From a virus, in IMG/VR virus record IMGVR_UViG_3300025133_000086, positions 5,334 to 69,333 of that record: a stretch of 64,000 nucleotides of DNA; one strand, written 5' to 3'. Both the position numbers and the translations under genes were made by a program. The number at the start of each line of letters is the position of its first letter. The stretch's first letter is position 1. Of the stretch, positions 30,901 to 38,724 are shown one piece after another. Under the pieces are notes generated by a model. The model saw only the letters and a program-made list of their open reading frames with translations. It was not told the DNA's origin and did no database searches.

Positions 30901-31291
30901 TACTGCTGGTAACGATAAATTTCATCAGAAACCAGCCAGTGCTAGTAGACATAAAAATGGTGACGCTATTGATTTTGTCATTAAAGGTCCAAACAACGCT
31001 AGAATAAAAAAACCAAATGGGTGGAAAAATGCAAAAACTAATCCACCAGCTGTATATCCAACCTCAGACGCTGTGATTATTGATAATGTTATTAAAGTAA
31101 TCCAAGGTTACGTTGTTACTAATTTAAGTAATTTATCCTATTTAGATGAATATAGAGAACCATCTAAACATGCTTCTGGCCCACATATTCATTTATCTTA
31201 TCGAGCTGGTGGTGGGACTGAAGGTGCAAAATTTATTGCTCAGTCAGAGGCACAGCTTGATGCTGGGAACGTTATCCCTTATTATGTTTGA
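24929..31291 (+). CDS. Baseplate hub (gp27/GpD-like) with C-terminal lytic transglycosylase-like and M15 peptidase-like domains
   Basis: N-terminal FGMTAIDI..IKFIDVRG..GNFEIDAEF; SAEIEAMG..IQPMMYFQLNNVPMFRGAYLI..HNI (hub); IES..GVFQFG (SLT); SRHKNGDAID..HIH (M15). Confidence 0.75.
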   Translation: MATNSRILYVDPNNINGDAITNIPIKNEDLSIFVELTTSKKSRSVIKDGTQFNDNGIDSKVSFISGSQSGPNKCDKSLTTSYTDINTTFQKDEDLEGFGMTAIDISFDTAYTPLVKIKFIDVRGGMMSKGKDSKYGVFFELPYPTFSLVIKGYYGPAVNYCLHLVKWNANFNSQTGNFEIDAEFIGYTYAMLTDLLIGYMRAIPLTSIGSKVFKQVKEEYDKETGDISNGNQLVTIGDMLNTIATLIAQLPTIKNNSDSFNTVKDIDKDIKILKQIKGIHGDFIRLLKKAGNGDNKLQGDDTYSVILSQDGVKDLINARNTEIKALISELNDDGSIEDYYDKIIITTKLEYDKVKEKNEDSKNYLFSATTTNVDKYVKGEPRLTDILDKLSNAKDQDKYKNGFYVYDYIRFINKLNDHLSIIDVTRKEKLQEFSDNIRQLSKTKYNFDPTVKNIFRILVGGAETYLRSINTVSTQAESSSDRTSELSKLISNRALNVKSFSDIYGFPEYNEDGEEKWLGTVVDENKVIEVKFVNELLDSLIESQKQDEEQTQRLNKDSAWYCVGTVDTPVGDDRRLVQNPYRNLIGPSEHPHSVMRLLMYRMYTYLGFGTDLITDDTVKYMAKFEANNMFYGVVKKDSRDSIYTNFDTKDKILTHFQEGSGEIPNWTGKPKDSDFKKVPYVVKHAGGLWKYDYISKPPTVANNENYGARQYIPINNNYDGKIFRTSGISRLKSADELKSSVLLDSKLLYISNFINGNTPLYTGGTSDASLEKLDDGANYLEILKSEDYTSYSFNLPNENTKTVKDSYRESIPEDKSIEQKVIAGRNKKLDKIDPLKTKFYVPLFDTDVAPGGVNEDEDIRDVDGTNDISQVFYSKTEKGTRLSLLDIENGKLSNFGQNMRLYSQSLKGDDVIITKPEFNLSTKVAWPAVGHNETIYKKTSNAGDFDINTLSLFSSPFYYAQNATVSNTILCQGYLFLNTLPLRGIVGDYDNKNPNLFDTLFDGNDDHRSSTTLQGLFTKTSAFIKTPSLWIAWVGSILWRYEYYVNKNEDPIVTKGFLSGSTVSPLLDVDTYPTPFELWNNTEEGWFTSEKGKPPMYLSNTDEKTVYKKVDRTLLGLPESVKGRFMSFFIDWCEKKFEEFKSKAQIFNDDIVPETNDGVAVFDTWQSSWNAVKLLTPKRNNVPNHHLLSSNFSGFTTSNGQLVGYNGTTEINTSISINPSCEGNIINLYPVIFNAQPQLCWYVYNQEVNVSLLTTYKRLINDVSIIANNTPNIWRRRAIKYKREPFTIYDQKIGIFLESFTEEYKRLYDDSADKSKDDGDVKNGIFNSKNNEFIKLNIYRHLSTIRNKWLGEVDSDSSMFYPCGYDAESNLFSRFKFLDKGFNDIGDDFLLNASVISDLIKKTPNQSFYDLISNILANNNFNFIALPTFVDFTTEEGLGNIFKPRSYVDMVTNDNNTTIGPSFICTYVGQNSSHLDVSGSDFPDDGVSSLNPNCSTFTKNKLFSKPDGNNIPVFEVNYGQQNQSFFKDVNLDQREFVETQESLIIIDELSRTGKDNKAPFQSQNLFNVYQTRSYSAEIEAMGMPLIQPMMYFQLNNVPMFRGAYLILSTSHNIKPNHMTTKFKGVRIKEINTPLTKEVLALKDLALTETGDADSLRYDVDTNSANRSNVAGNSNMYLGDYESIYWYNYKGTIKKYAFANSEFDKPSNTKKNGAYMTYNEIFDEVGKLTGTDPIILKVFSVIESRVGQDKGKAPGMNGLGYVGVFQFGVLASKDVYSKLNDYIFNKMPDLSSYEFSASVDTTNKTVLIPNEQSTNATINNVTKNSFFDDYINSIAAILLAQRNIGTVLGTDPETIRDIYFAHQQGRGGAKTILNNVLTDINDGSKTSGNMLGNKPSIKPDDIILTNYGSWIAGWSGVVDKIYEEITGTYTPSLIDSPHPNADNLRKTIASLGYTEKGGELSSGGDISANMEKYASAILTKIHQLYPDYGIKVTAGNDKFHQKPASASRHKNGDAIDFVIKGPNNARIKKPNGWKNAKTNPPAVYPTSDAVIIDNVIKVIQGYVVTNLSNLSYLDEYREPSKHASGPHIHLSYRAGGGTEGAKFIAQSEAQLDAGNVIPYYV

Positions 31292-31317
31292 TAATTCAAA
31301 CTAATTTTGTATATTTG
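31287..31317 (+). promoter_or_regulatory. Bacteroidota primary-sigma promoter (-33 TTTG / -7 TAnnTTTG)
   Basis: TTTG at 31287-31290, 19-bp spacer, TATATTTG at 31310-31317. Confidence 0.65.
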
Positions 31318-31321
31318 CAAT

Positions 31322-31930
31322 ATGACATTAGGTTACATAGTATCTGACGAAACAATTAAACCCGAAAAAAACTTCGAGGTTATAAAATATTCTGATTATG
31401 ATGAATCAGTACATTCACCTGCACTATTTATTGGTTTTGATAAAATAAAAAAAATATTCGGGGATTCAATCAGTGTTCTAGACCGAAAGATTGGTAATGA
31501 TAATTATTGGACATTCACTTTGGATGAACATAGGAGTTATCATGACTTAGATTCTTATGAGTTTATGAAACATTGTTACAATCTAATAATCAAGGATGTT
31601 GATTATTATTTTATCGACCCACTACTAATGTCAGAGGACAAACATCAGAAAATGTTCGATAGAATAAATGATAAAAGTAATAATATTATCACCTATCACA
31701 AGGATAATATGGTCTATATCTATGCTAATAAATTCATATTGGGTGTTAACACCGATTTTTATGATTTTATTGGTGATGATTATAAAAACATTTTAGATAA
31801 AATAAAAGCCATGTCAACCGTGTTTCTTAGTGGTGACGATATAATTATAGAATATGAGGATTTTATGTATATGTACGAAAACGATTACAAGTATATACCA
31901 TATCTGTATTCTATAATTAATGATGGGTGA
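31322..31930 (+). CDS. Hypothetical protein
   Basis: About 202 aa from ATG 31322; the track start at 31307 lies inside the promoter. Confidence 0.7.
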   Translation: MTLGYIVSDETIKPEKNFEVIKYSDYDESVHSPALFIGFDKIKKIFGDSISVLDRKIGNDNYWTFTLDEHRSYHDLDSYEFMKHCYNLIIKDVDYYFIDPLLMSEDKHQKMFDRINDKSNNIITYHKDNMVYIYANKFILGVNTDFYDFIGDDYKNILDKIKAMSTVFLSGDDIIIEYEDFMYMYENDYKYIPYLYSIINDG

Positions 31931-32327
31931 AAAACAAATAATCATAGCCACATTTGTTGAGCAAAACAAACTACAATGGTTTTATGGTTTTATGGAGGGT
32001 AGGTTTAATATTAAGGAAAAACACATATTCAGGTATGTTAATGTTGACAATCCAGACCAAGACATACTAACATTTAGGTATCTGGTTTCTGAAGATACAA
32101 AGGTCAATCTAAGTAGAGAATTCACAAATTCACTTACAATACACAAGAAAGGTGATTGTCTTTACACAATAAACGGACTTAATAGGCTTATTGAAGCGCT
32201 AAATCCAAACGCGATGGGTAATATAGATTACGCATCATTTAAAATAGATTGGTCAGAGTATCAGAATAAATTTATAACCGCATTTGAAAATGAGTTAATT
32301 ATTAATGATATAAAAAGAAGTTTTTAG
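31920..32327 (+). CDS. Hypothetical protein (IHKK..LYTINGLN..IDW motif)
   Basis: 135-aa ORF overlapping the upstream stop. Confidence 0.7.
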   Translation: MMGEKQIIIATFVEQNKLQWFYGFMEGRFNIKEKHIFRYVNVDNPDQDILTFRYLVSEDTKVNLSREFTNSLTIHKKGDCLYTINGLNRLIEALNPNAMGNIDYASFKIDWSEYQNKFITAFENELIINDIKRSF

Positions 32328-32375
32328 TCATTTTATGATATTTACTACTATAACATTAACATAAACTATACTGTT

Positions 32376-32558
32376 ATGAGCAATAAAAAAGAAAAATTAT
32401 TTGATGAGCTTGACGAGTTTTTAGCTCAGAATGAAAATAAAGATGGTACAACTATAGAGTGTACTGATGATGTGTGTGTAATCAAAAATGACAAAAGCCT
32501 TATTGAGGTCATGAATAAAAAAGTTGTGACACAGGACGGAAGACAATTACTTACTTGA
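32376..32558 (+). CDS. Small hypothetical protein
   Basis: 60 aa, preceded by TATTTA and coupled to the next ORF. Confidence 0.65.
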   Translation: MSNKKEKLFDELDEFLAQNENKDGTTIECTDDVCVIKNDKSLIEVMNKKVVTQDGRQLLT

Positions 32559-32559
32559 T

Positions 32560-33276
32560 ATGGAAAAAGAAAATATAAATAAGCTTATTAACGAAGAGTC
32601 AAAACGACTTATGCAAATATCAGAATATGCGTTTTACACAGTAAACGAAGCTGAAGAAGATGAGCTTGAAGCGGAACTTGATGACCTAGAAGCAGAATTA
32701 CCACAAGCAGATGACTCTGAACCAGAAGCTCAAGAAGAACCAATGGATGATATTGATGACGAAGGTGGTTTTGGTGATGAACCAATGGACGAACCAGCTG
32801 AAGAAATGGGTGATGGTGAAGTTGAGTTAGACGTTACTGATTTGGTAAACACCTCAAACGAACTTAAAGCTTCCTCAGAAGAAAATAGTAATAAGATGTC
32901 TGAATTAATTGACAAGTTTAACGATTTAACTAGTCAGGTTAGTTCAATGGGTCAGATGGTTAAGAAAATAGATTCATTGGATAATGAATTATCCAAAGTT
33001 AGTGCTGAAATTGAAAAACGTAACCCAACACCTACCGAAAAGATTGAGATGCGTTCATTAGACTCTTTCCCATATAACATTAAACTAAGTGACTTTTGGT
33101 CAGACAACTCTGATAAATTCACAACTGTTGATAGTGCAGAAAGTAATATGGGTGGCGAAGAAGAAGAGGAAGAAGAGGCAAAAGAATACGTATTAACAAA
33201 AGCAGACGCTTCTGATTTTTCAAACTCCGATATAAAGGATAGTTTCGGTGATTTTGAAGAGGAAGACATCGAATAA
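32560..33276 (+). CDS. Very acidic coiled-coil protein (possible scaffold/core or internal head protein)
   Basis: 238 aa, D/E-rich, central heptad pattern, in a TATTTA-preceded unit. Confidence 0.6.
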   Translation: MEKENINKLINEESKRLMQISEYAFYTVNEAEEDELEAELDDLEAELPQADDSEPEAQEEPMDDIDDEGGFGDEPMDEPAEEMGDGEVELDVTDLVNTSNELKASSEENSNKMSELIDKFNDLTSQVSSMGQMVKKIDSLDNELSKVSAEIEKRNPTPTEKIEMRSLDSFPYNIKLSDFWSDNSDKFTTVDSAESNMGGEEEEEEEAKEYVLTKADASDFSNSDIKDSFGDFEEEDIE

Positions 33277-33296
33277 ACATTTTTTTTACATAATAG

Positions 33297-33327
33297 TTGA
33301 CACCAGTGTAAATTTGTTGTATATTTG
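33297..33327 (+). promoter_or_regulatory. Bacteroidota-type promoter upstream of the SSB gene
   Basis: TTG(ACA) at 33297, 20 bp from TTG to TATATTTG at 33320-33327. Confidence 0.65.
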
Positions 33328-33400
33328 CATTGTGTGTTATACGAATACATATATAACATAACAATAACAATAATTATTTAACATTAAATTTTTTAAAAAC

Positions 33401-34336
33401 ATGAGTAATCCATTAGATGCAATTTTAAACCAGTATAAAGAATCTGGTAGCAATGTGAACTTCCAAGCTAAGACTTACGACTTAGCTAATTATTTTAGCA
33501 CTTATCTTCCAGAAGGTGTTACAGAAGGAAACAAAGTCGTAAGAATTCTACCAGCAGCCGAAGGTCAAGCGACCCCATTTGTTGAACTGTTTGCCCACAA
33601 GTATAAACTTGATGGTCAATGGAAAACCTTTCCTTGCTTGGATAAAGAAGAAGGTAAAGAATGTCCTTTCTGTGAAACAAGAAACGCTTTAAGAGCTGAA
33701 GGTACAGAAGAAAGTAAAGAACTAGCTAAGAAGTTCAATGTCCGCAAATTTTACATTGTAAAAGTGATTGATAGAGACAAAGAGCATGAGGGTGTTAAGT
33801 TCTGGAGATTTGCTGATAACTGGCAAAAAACTGGCACTTTTGATAAAATTGTTGGTATCTACAAGGCCGTTAAGCATGATATTGCTGATGCGACAACTGG
33901 ACGAGACCTACAAATTAATATCGCTAGAAACTCAAACGGGTTACCAGTGGTCCAATCAATTATCCAGTTAGATAAGACTGAACTTTCAGAAGATGCAGAC
34001 CTATCTAAAAAGTGGTTAGCTGATGCAAGAACATGGCGAGATGGTATTTATGCCACTAAATCTTATGATTATTTAGAGATTGTAGTTCGTGGTGGTGTAC
34101 CAGCTTGGGACAAGTCAAAAGAGTGTTGGGTTGATAGAGATGCGTTAGTTGAGGATGACAATTCAAAAACATCCACTGATGATTTAGAGAGTGAACTAAC
34201 TATGGGTTCGTCAAATAATAAATTGGCAACTGAAGAGGCTACCACTCTAGAACCTGCTACGGTTTCAGAACCTGCTACGGTTTCAGAACCTGCTACCTCT
34301 AGCGCAAATGATAACGATGACGATTTACCGTTCTAA
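33401..34336 (+). CDS. Single-stranded DNA-binding protein, T4 gp32-like
   Basis: VRILP..PFVE..H, C-x8-CPFC Zn site, GVKFWRF, GRDLQI, acidic tail ending DDDLPF. Confidence 0.85.
   Translation: MSNPLDAILNQYKESGSNVNFQAKTYDLANYFSTYLPEGVTEGNKVVRILPAAEGQATPFVELFAHKYKLDGQWKTFPCLDKEEGKECPFCETRNALRAEGTEESKELAKKFNVRKFYIVKVIDRDKEHEGVKFWRFADNWQKTGTFDKIVGIYKAVKHDIADATTGRDLQINIARNSNGLPVVQSIIQLDKTELSEDADLSKKWLADARTWRDGIYATKSYDYLEIVVRGGVPAWDKSKECWVDRDALVEDDNSKTSTDDLESELTMGSSNNKLATEEATTLEPATVSEPATVSEPATSSANDNDDDLPF
34249..34296 (+). repeat. 18-bp tandem repeat (about 2.7 copies, EPATVS) in the SSB linker
   Basis: agaacctgctacggtttc x2 plus agaacctgctac. Confidence 0.9.
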
Positions 34337-34353
34337 TCATTAATTAAAGTTTT

Positions 34354-34388
34354 AAAAATAAGTGGTGTAAAAGCCACTTATTTTTTTT
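34354..34388 (+). terminator. Rho-independent terminator after the SSB gene
   Basis: aaaaataagtggt-gtaaaa-gccacttatttttttt. Confidence 0.8.
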
Positions 34389-34424
34389 CCCTATTTAAAA
34401 TAATAATATAAAAAAATAAATAAA

Positions 34425-35564
34425 ATGGCGAAAAAAGCACCTAAAAAAAACACAGAGAATAACACGGCTAATAAGAAATTCAACCTAGACTCGTTTAAGA
34501 AAGGTAATGGTTATGATGTTACTGTTAAGGAGAAAGAACTAACATGGATTCCAATGTCTGAGGCTTATTATGATGCGTTAAAAATGCCAGGACTTGCTAG
34601 GGGTTATCTAACATCGTTTAGAGGTTATAGTAATACTGGTAAATCAACAGCGGTATATGAAGCGGTTGCTGGCGCTCAGAAAATAGGTGACCTACCTGTA
34701 ATTATTGAAACTGAAGGCAACTGGAGTTGGGAACACGCTAGAAATATTGGTGTTCAATTTAACGAAGTTGTTGACGAAACAACTGGTGAAGTATATGATT
34801 ACGAAGGTGATTTTATTTTCATCAGTAGTGAGGATTTATTAAAAAGATACCAATACTTCGACCATTCTTCAAGTAAAGAGGGTACTAAACCATTAAGATT
34901 TGAACCAGTAATCGAAGATGTTGCTAAATTGATGCATGACTTACTTGATACCCAAGAGTCTGGTGACTTACCAAGAAACCTTTGTTTCCTATGGGATTCA
35001 GTTGGTTCAATTAATGGTTATCGTTCAGCGACATCAAAGAACAGCAATAACCAATGGAATGCTGGTGCGATGGAAAGTGCTTTTAAATCCCTAATTAATT
35101 ATAGAATACCTTCATCTAAGAAGGAAGGTAAACCATATACTAACACGTTTGCTGTTGTTCAGAAGATATGGTTGGATAATGAAAATAAGGTTGTTAAACA
35201 CAAGGGTGGTGAAGCATTTTTCTATTCACCTAGAGTTATTGTTCATTTCGGTGGTATACTATCACACTCAACAACTAAACTAAAAGCCACATCTGGTGGT
35301 GAAACGTACCAATTCGGTATTGAAACTAAAGTTAGGTGTGAGAAAAATCAAGTAAACGGTATTGAGGAGCAAGGTAAACTATCTTCAACACCACATGGTT
35401 ATTGGAACCCAGATAAAATTAACGACTATAAAAAAGAACATCGTGACTTTATCTTAAATCGACTTAATGTCCCTTACTGTGATGACGCTTCCGACTTTGA
35501 TATTATCAAAGAGGAGCAAGAGTTTTCTGGTGAGGATTTAATCGGGTCGATGACCAAGAAGTAA
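34425..35564 (+). CDS. RecA/UvsX-like recombinase
   Basis: Walker A GYSNTGKST, IIETEG, FLWDSVGS, KGGEAFFY, CEKNQV. Confidence 0.85.
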   Translation: MAKKAPKKNTENNTANKKFNLDSFKKGNGYDVTVKEKELTWIPMSEAYYDALKMPGLARGYLTSFRGYSNTGKSTAVYEAVAGAQKIGDLPVIIETEGNWSWEHARNIGVQFNEVVDETTGEVYDYEGDFIFISSEDLLKRYQYFDHSSSKEGTKPLRFEPVIEDVAKLMHDLLDTQESGDLPRNLCFLWDSVGSINGYRSATSKNSNNQWNAGAMESAFKSLINYRIPSSKKEGKPYTNTFAVVQKIWLDNENKVVKHKGGEAFFYSPRVIVHFGGILSHSTTKLKATSGGETYQFGIETKVRCEKNQVNGIEEQGKLSSTPHGYWNPDKINDYKKEHRDFILNRLNVPYCDDASDFDIIKEEQEFSGEDLIGSMTKK

Positions 35565-35593
35565 TTTTTTGTTTAACCTTTTAACTAATATGA

Positions 35594-36640
35594 ATGCCCA
35601 AGTTACCTCCAAAAAAAGGTAAACGTATTGATAGAATAAATACCCTTTTGATTGATGGTAATGCACTATTCAAAAGGGGTTATCATGGAAGTCATGACGC
35701 TTATAATAAAGAGGGTCAACATATCGGCGGCCTATATCAATTCATAACTGTTCTTAAGAAACTACTATCCGAAGACGTATACCATAGGGTATATGTCTTC
35801 TGGGATGGTGAGTTTAGTGGTAAACTAAGATACAATATATATAAGGATTATAAATCTGACCGTGGTAAAAACTATGAAACTGGTACCAAACCAGAAGACA
35901 TGGATGAGAAACTACAACAGTATATGGTTAAAGAGTATTTGTACCACCTATCCATACGCCAAATCGAGGATGACGTTGTTGAAGCTGATGATTATATAGC
36001 TTTTTATTCTAACAATAAGGCTGATAATGAGGACGTTACGATTTGCACTAGCGATAGAGACATATGCCAACTTGTAAATGACAATATAAAAATATATCTT
36101 TGCGATAAGAAAATATATCTTACCAAGGAAAACTACAACGAATATTTCTCACACTACTATACTAATATCGCTTTGATTAAGACAATTACTGGTGATAATT
36201 CAGATAGTATTAAGGGTATAAAGGGTGTTAAAGAAGCCACACTTATCAAACACTTCCCTCAGATAACTGAGAGGTTAGTTGAGCTTAGTGAGGTATTAAG
36301 TGATGCTGAAAAGATTCAAGAGGATAGACTTTTAAATAAAAAGAAACCACTTAAGGCTTTGGATAACATAATAAATTCAGTTACCGAAGGAATCCAAGGT
36401 TCAAAGATATACGAGATTAACGATGAATTGGTCAACTTAAAAAATCCAAAGATGACCGAAAAATCTATAAGACATTTCTATGATGTTATTGAAACACCAC
36501 TAAGTGATGATAGAAGCATTAAGAATGTGTATAAGATGGTTAAAAGGGACAGTTTAGATGACATTATTAGGTCATATTACATGTCAGACTACTTTCTACC
36601 ATTTAAAAAATTAATAGATAGAGATTATAACAAAAATTAA
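35594..36640 (+). CDS. 5'-3' exonuclease / flap endonuclease (T4 RNase H / PolI N-terminal-like)
   Basis: LLIDGN, VFWDG, YKSDR, EADDYIA, SDRDICQL, GDNSDSIKGIKGV. Confidence 0.92.
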   Translation: MPKLPPKKGKRIDRINTLLIDGNALFKRGYHGSHDAYNKEGQHIGGLYQFITVLKKLLSEDVYHRVYVFWDGEFSGKLRYNIYKDYKSDRGKNYETGTKPEDMDEKLQQYMVKEYLYHLSIRQIEDDVVEADDYIAFYSNNKADNEDVTICTSDRDICQLVNDNIKIYLCDKKIYLTKENYNEYFSHYYTNIALIKTITGDNSDSIKGIKGVKEATLIKHFPQITERLVELSEVLSDAEKIQEDRLLNKKKPLKALDNIINSVTEGIQGSKIYEINDELVNLKNPKMTEKSIRHFYDVIETPLSDDRSIKNVYKMVKRDSLDDIIRSYYMSDYFLPFKKLIDRDYNKN

Positions 36641-36651
36641 AATTAAATAAA

Positions 36652-37128
36652 ATGGCAACTCATAATTACGAAAGAAAACGACATCAGAACTTCGAATTTA
36701 CCTTAACAATTAACGGTAATATTCTTTGCAAAAGATATTTCTCAGTTAGGGATATTAATTTTGATAATTTCAAGGATGTTAAACCAATGATGGATGAACT
36801 AACTGGTATGGATAATGACTATTTTGGTGGTATGGGACTTATCCCGACATATCTGAAAGATAAAAGTGTTGACTACTTATGGAGAATATATAATCCATAC
36901 CTCAAGCAAACAGAAGATAACATTGATAGGCGTAATGTCTTTGAAAATGAAGACCTTATAGGTTTCAAAATTACGTTCTTTGATTTCAGGAGAAATGAAG
37001 AGCGATTAATCGGTGAAACACAATTTAGTGGTAACTTTTTTCCACCTAAAGTTCGCTATGAGATTAATATACGGGACATTATACCAAATATTATCAGAAC
37101 AATCAGAGAGCACATTAGTGACTCATAA
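36652..37128 (+). CDS. Hypothetical protein
   Basis: 158-aa ORF within the replication block. Confidence 0.7.
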   Translation: MATHNYERKRHQNFEFTLTINGNILCKRYFSVRDINFDNFKDVKPMMDELTGMDNDYFGGMGLIPTYLKDKSVDYLWRIYNPYLKQTEDNIDRRNVFENEDLIGFKITFFDFRRNEERLIGETQFSGNFFPPKVRYEINIRDIIPNIIRTIREHISDS

Positions 37129-37201
37129 AAAAACCTGAAATTTAAGTTAATAATGGTATGTATTATTGGTATTTATAAAAGCAACAATTTAATGTTTTAG
37201 T

Positions 37202-38608
37202 ATGAGTAAAAAAGAAAAAAACAATTTCGGTTATTTGGGTGTGGATTATCAGTATAATCTTATAAATCAAATGATAGTTGATACTAAGTTTGGTGAGAGT
37301 GTTATTGATGCAATAGACCACAATTATTTTGAAACTGTTGACCTTAAAAACATTGTAATTGAGATTAAAAATATAAAAGATAATTACGGTTCGATACCTG
37401 ATTACCCAACATTAGAGATTAAGCTAAAGCAGATTAAAGACAGTATAGTAAGGGATTTTACTTTAGAACATTTAAGTACTATTAGAGGTCTAACGGTAAA
37501 GACACCAATACTAATACAAGAGGAGGCTATAAAGTTCTGTAAACAACAAGAATTAAGTAAGGCGGTTAAGAAGATACAAAAGATAATTGACACTGGTAAG
37601 TCAGAAGACTTTGATTCTGCTAGTGAATTCATAAAAACAGCACTCGATGTTGGTTATGCTAAAGATGATGACACAACTTTGTTTGAGGGCATAAACGAGG
37701 TCTTAGCTGATGATTATCGAAACCCGATATTAACTGGTATCGCTAAACTTGATGAGGTGATGAATGGTGGTCTATCAAAAACTGAATTAGGTGTCGTTGT
37801 TGCGCCTTTTGGTGTCGGTAAAACCACTATGGCAACAAAATTCGCTAATAGTGCGTTCAATAGTGGTTATAATGTTCTACAAATATTTTTTGAGGACCAA
37901 CCAAAAGTTATTAAACGTAAGCATTATTCTTGTTGGACAAATATTGAATTGAATAATCTTGGTGCTTATAGGGAGGATGTTATTGAAAAGGTAAAAAGCA
38001 TGGAGGATAATGCTAAAGGTGGCCTTAAACTAAAAAGGATGCCTAGTGATGGTACAACAATAAAGACAATTAGAAAGTATGTTGAAAAGAAGATTTCTGA
38101 GGGGTTTAGACCAGACATAATACTATTAGATTACATTGACTGCGTTCAACCATCCAAAAGGTTTGATGACGTATATGCTGGTGAAGGTAATGTTATGAGA
38201 GAGTTTGAAACGATGCTGTCTGACTTTAATATGGCTGGGTGGACATTTGTTCAAGGTAATAGAAGTTCAATTAAATCAGAGGTTGTTGAAGCTGACCAGA
38301 TTGGTGGTTCGATTAAGAAGGGTCAAATTGGTCACTTTATTATGAGTATCGCTAAAAGTTTACCACAAAAAGATAGTGGACATGCCAACATTGCAATCCT
38401 TAAATCTAGATTCGGCAAGGACGGTTTAGTTTTCCAAGATTGTGTGTTTGACAATTCAAAAATTCAAATTGATATTGGTGAAGAACAAGGTGGGATAACG
38501 GACTTTCAAGCTAAAACTGGTATCAATGGCTCTAACCAACAAATGATAAATAGTGTCCTTAATAGGGTTAAGGAGAATAATGATAATAAATCAAGTGTAA
38601 TCATATAA
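37202..38608 (+). CDS. dnaB: Replicative DNA helicase, DnaB/gp41-like
   Basis: TGIAKLDEVMNGG, APFGVGKTT, LLDYIDC, QGNR, ILKSRFG. Confidence 0.92.
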   Translation: MSKKEKNNFGYLGVDYQYNLINQMIVDTKFGESVIDAIDHNYFETVDLKNIVIEIKNIKDNYGSIPDYPTLEIKLKQIKDSIVRDFTLEHLSTIRGLTVKTPILIQEEAIKFCKQQELSKAVKKIQKIIDTGKSEDFDSASEFIKTALDVGYAKDDDTTLFEGINEVLADDYRNPILTGIAKLDEVMNGGLSKTELGVVVAPFGVGKTTMATKFANSAFNSGYNVLQIFFEDQPKVIKRKHYSCWTNIELNNLGAYREDVIEKVKSMEDNAKGGLKLKRMPSDGTTIKTIRKYVEKKISEGFRPDIILLDYIDCVQPSKRFDDVYAGEGNVMREFETMLSDFNMAGWTFVQGNRSSIKSEVVEADQIGGSIKKGQIGHFIMSIAKSLPQKDSGHANIAILKSRFGKDGLVFQDCVFDNSKIQIDIGEEQGGITDFQAKTGINGSNQQMINSVLNRVKENNDNKSSVII

Positions 38609-38619
38609 TAATTTAAATG

Positions 38620-38667
38620 ACGGAGCGTAAATCCCATTCATCGCTTTAGCGTGGGTGGGTAGTTCAC
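38620..38667 (+). mobile_element. Probable orphan right end (omega-RNA 3' hairpin) of a TnpB-encoding IS200/IS605- or IS607-type element
   Basis: GC-rich islet aatcccattcatcgctttagcgtgggtgggtagttcac forming a hairpin and ending GTAGTTCAC; no tnpA/tnpB ORF nearby. Resemblance is from memory only. Confidence 0.55.
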
Positions 38668-38724
38668 TGGTAATTAATTAAATTATAAGTTTACAAAATT
38701 TAACCTTATAATATATTTACTAAT

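Noticed and set aside
34249-34296. 18-bp repeat (and the 12-bp repeat near 10575-10600) as a mini-CRISPR
   Set aside because: No spacers; in-frame tandem duplications in protein linkers.
2-38608. Inteins or group I introns in PolB, SNF2, RecA or DnaB
   Set aside because: Motif spacing and lengths are normal, with no intein termini or homing-endonuclease motifs seen.
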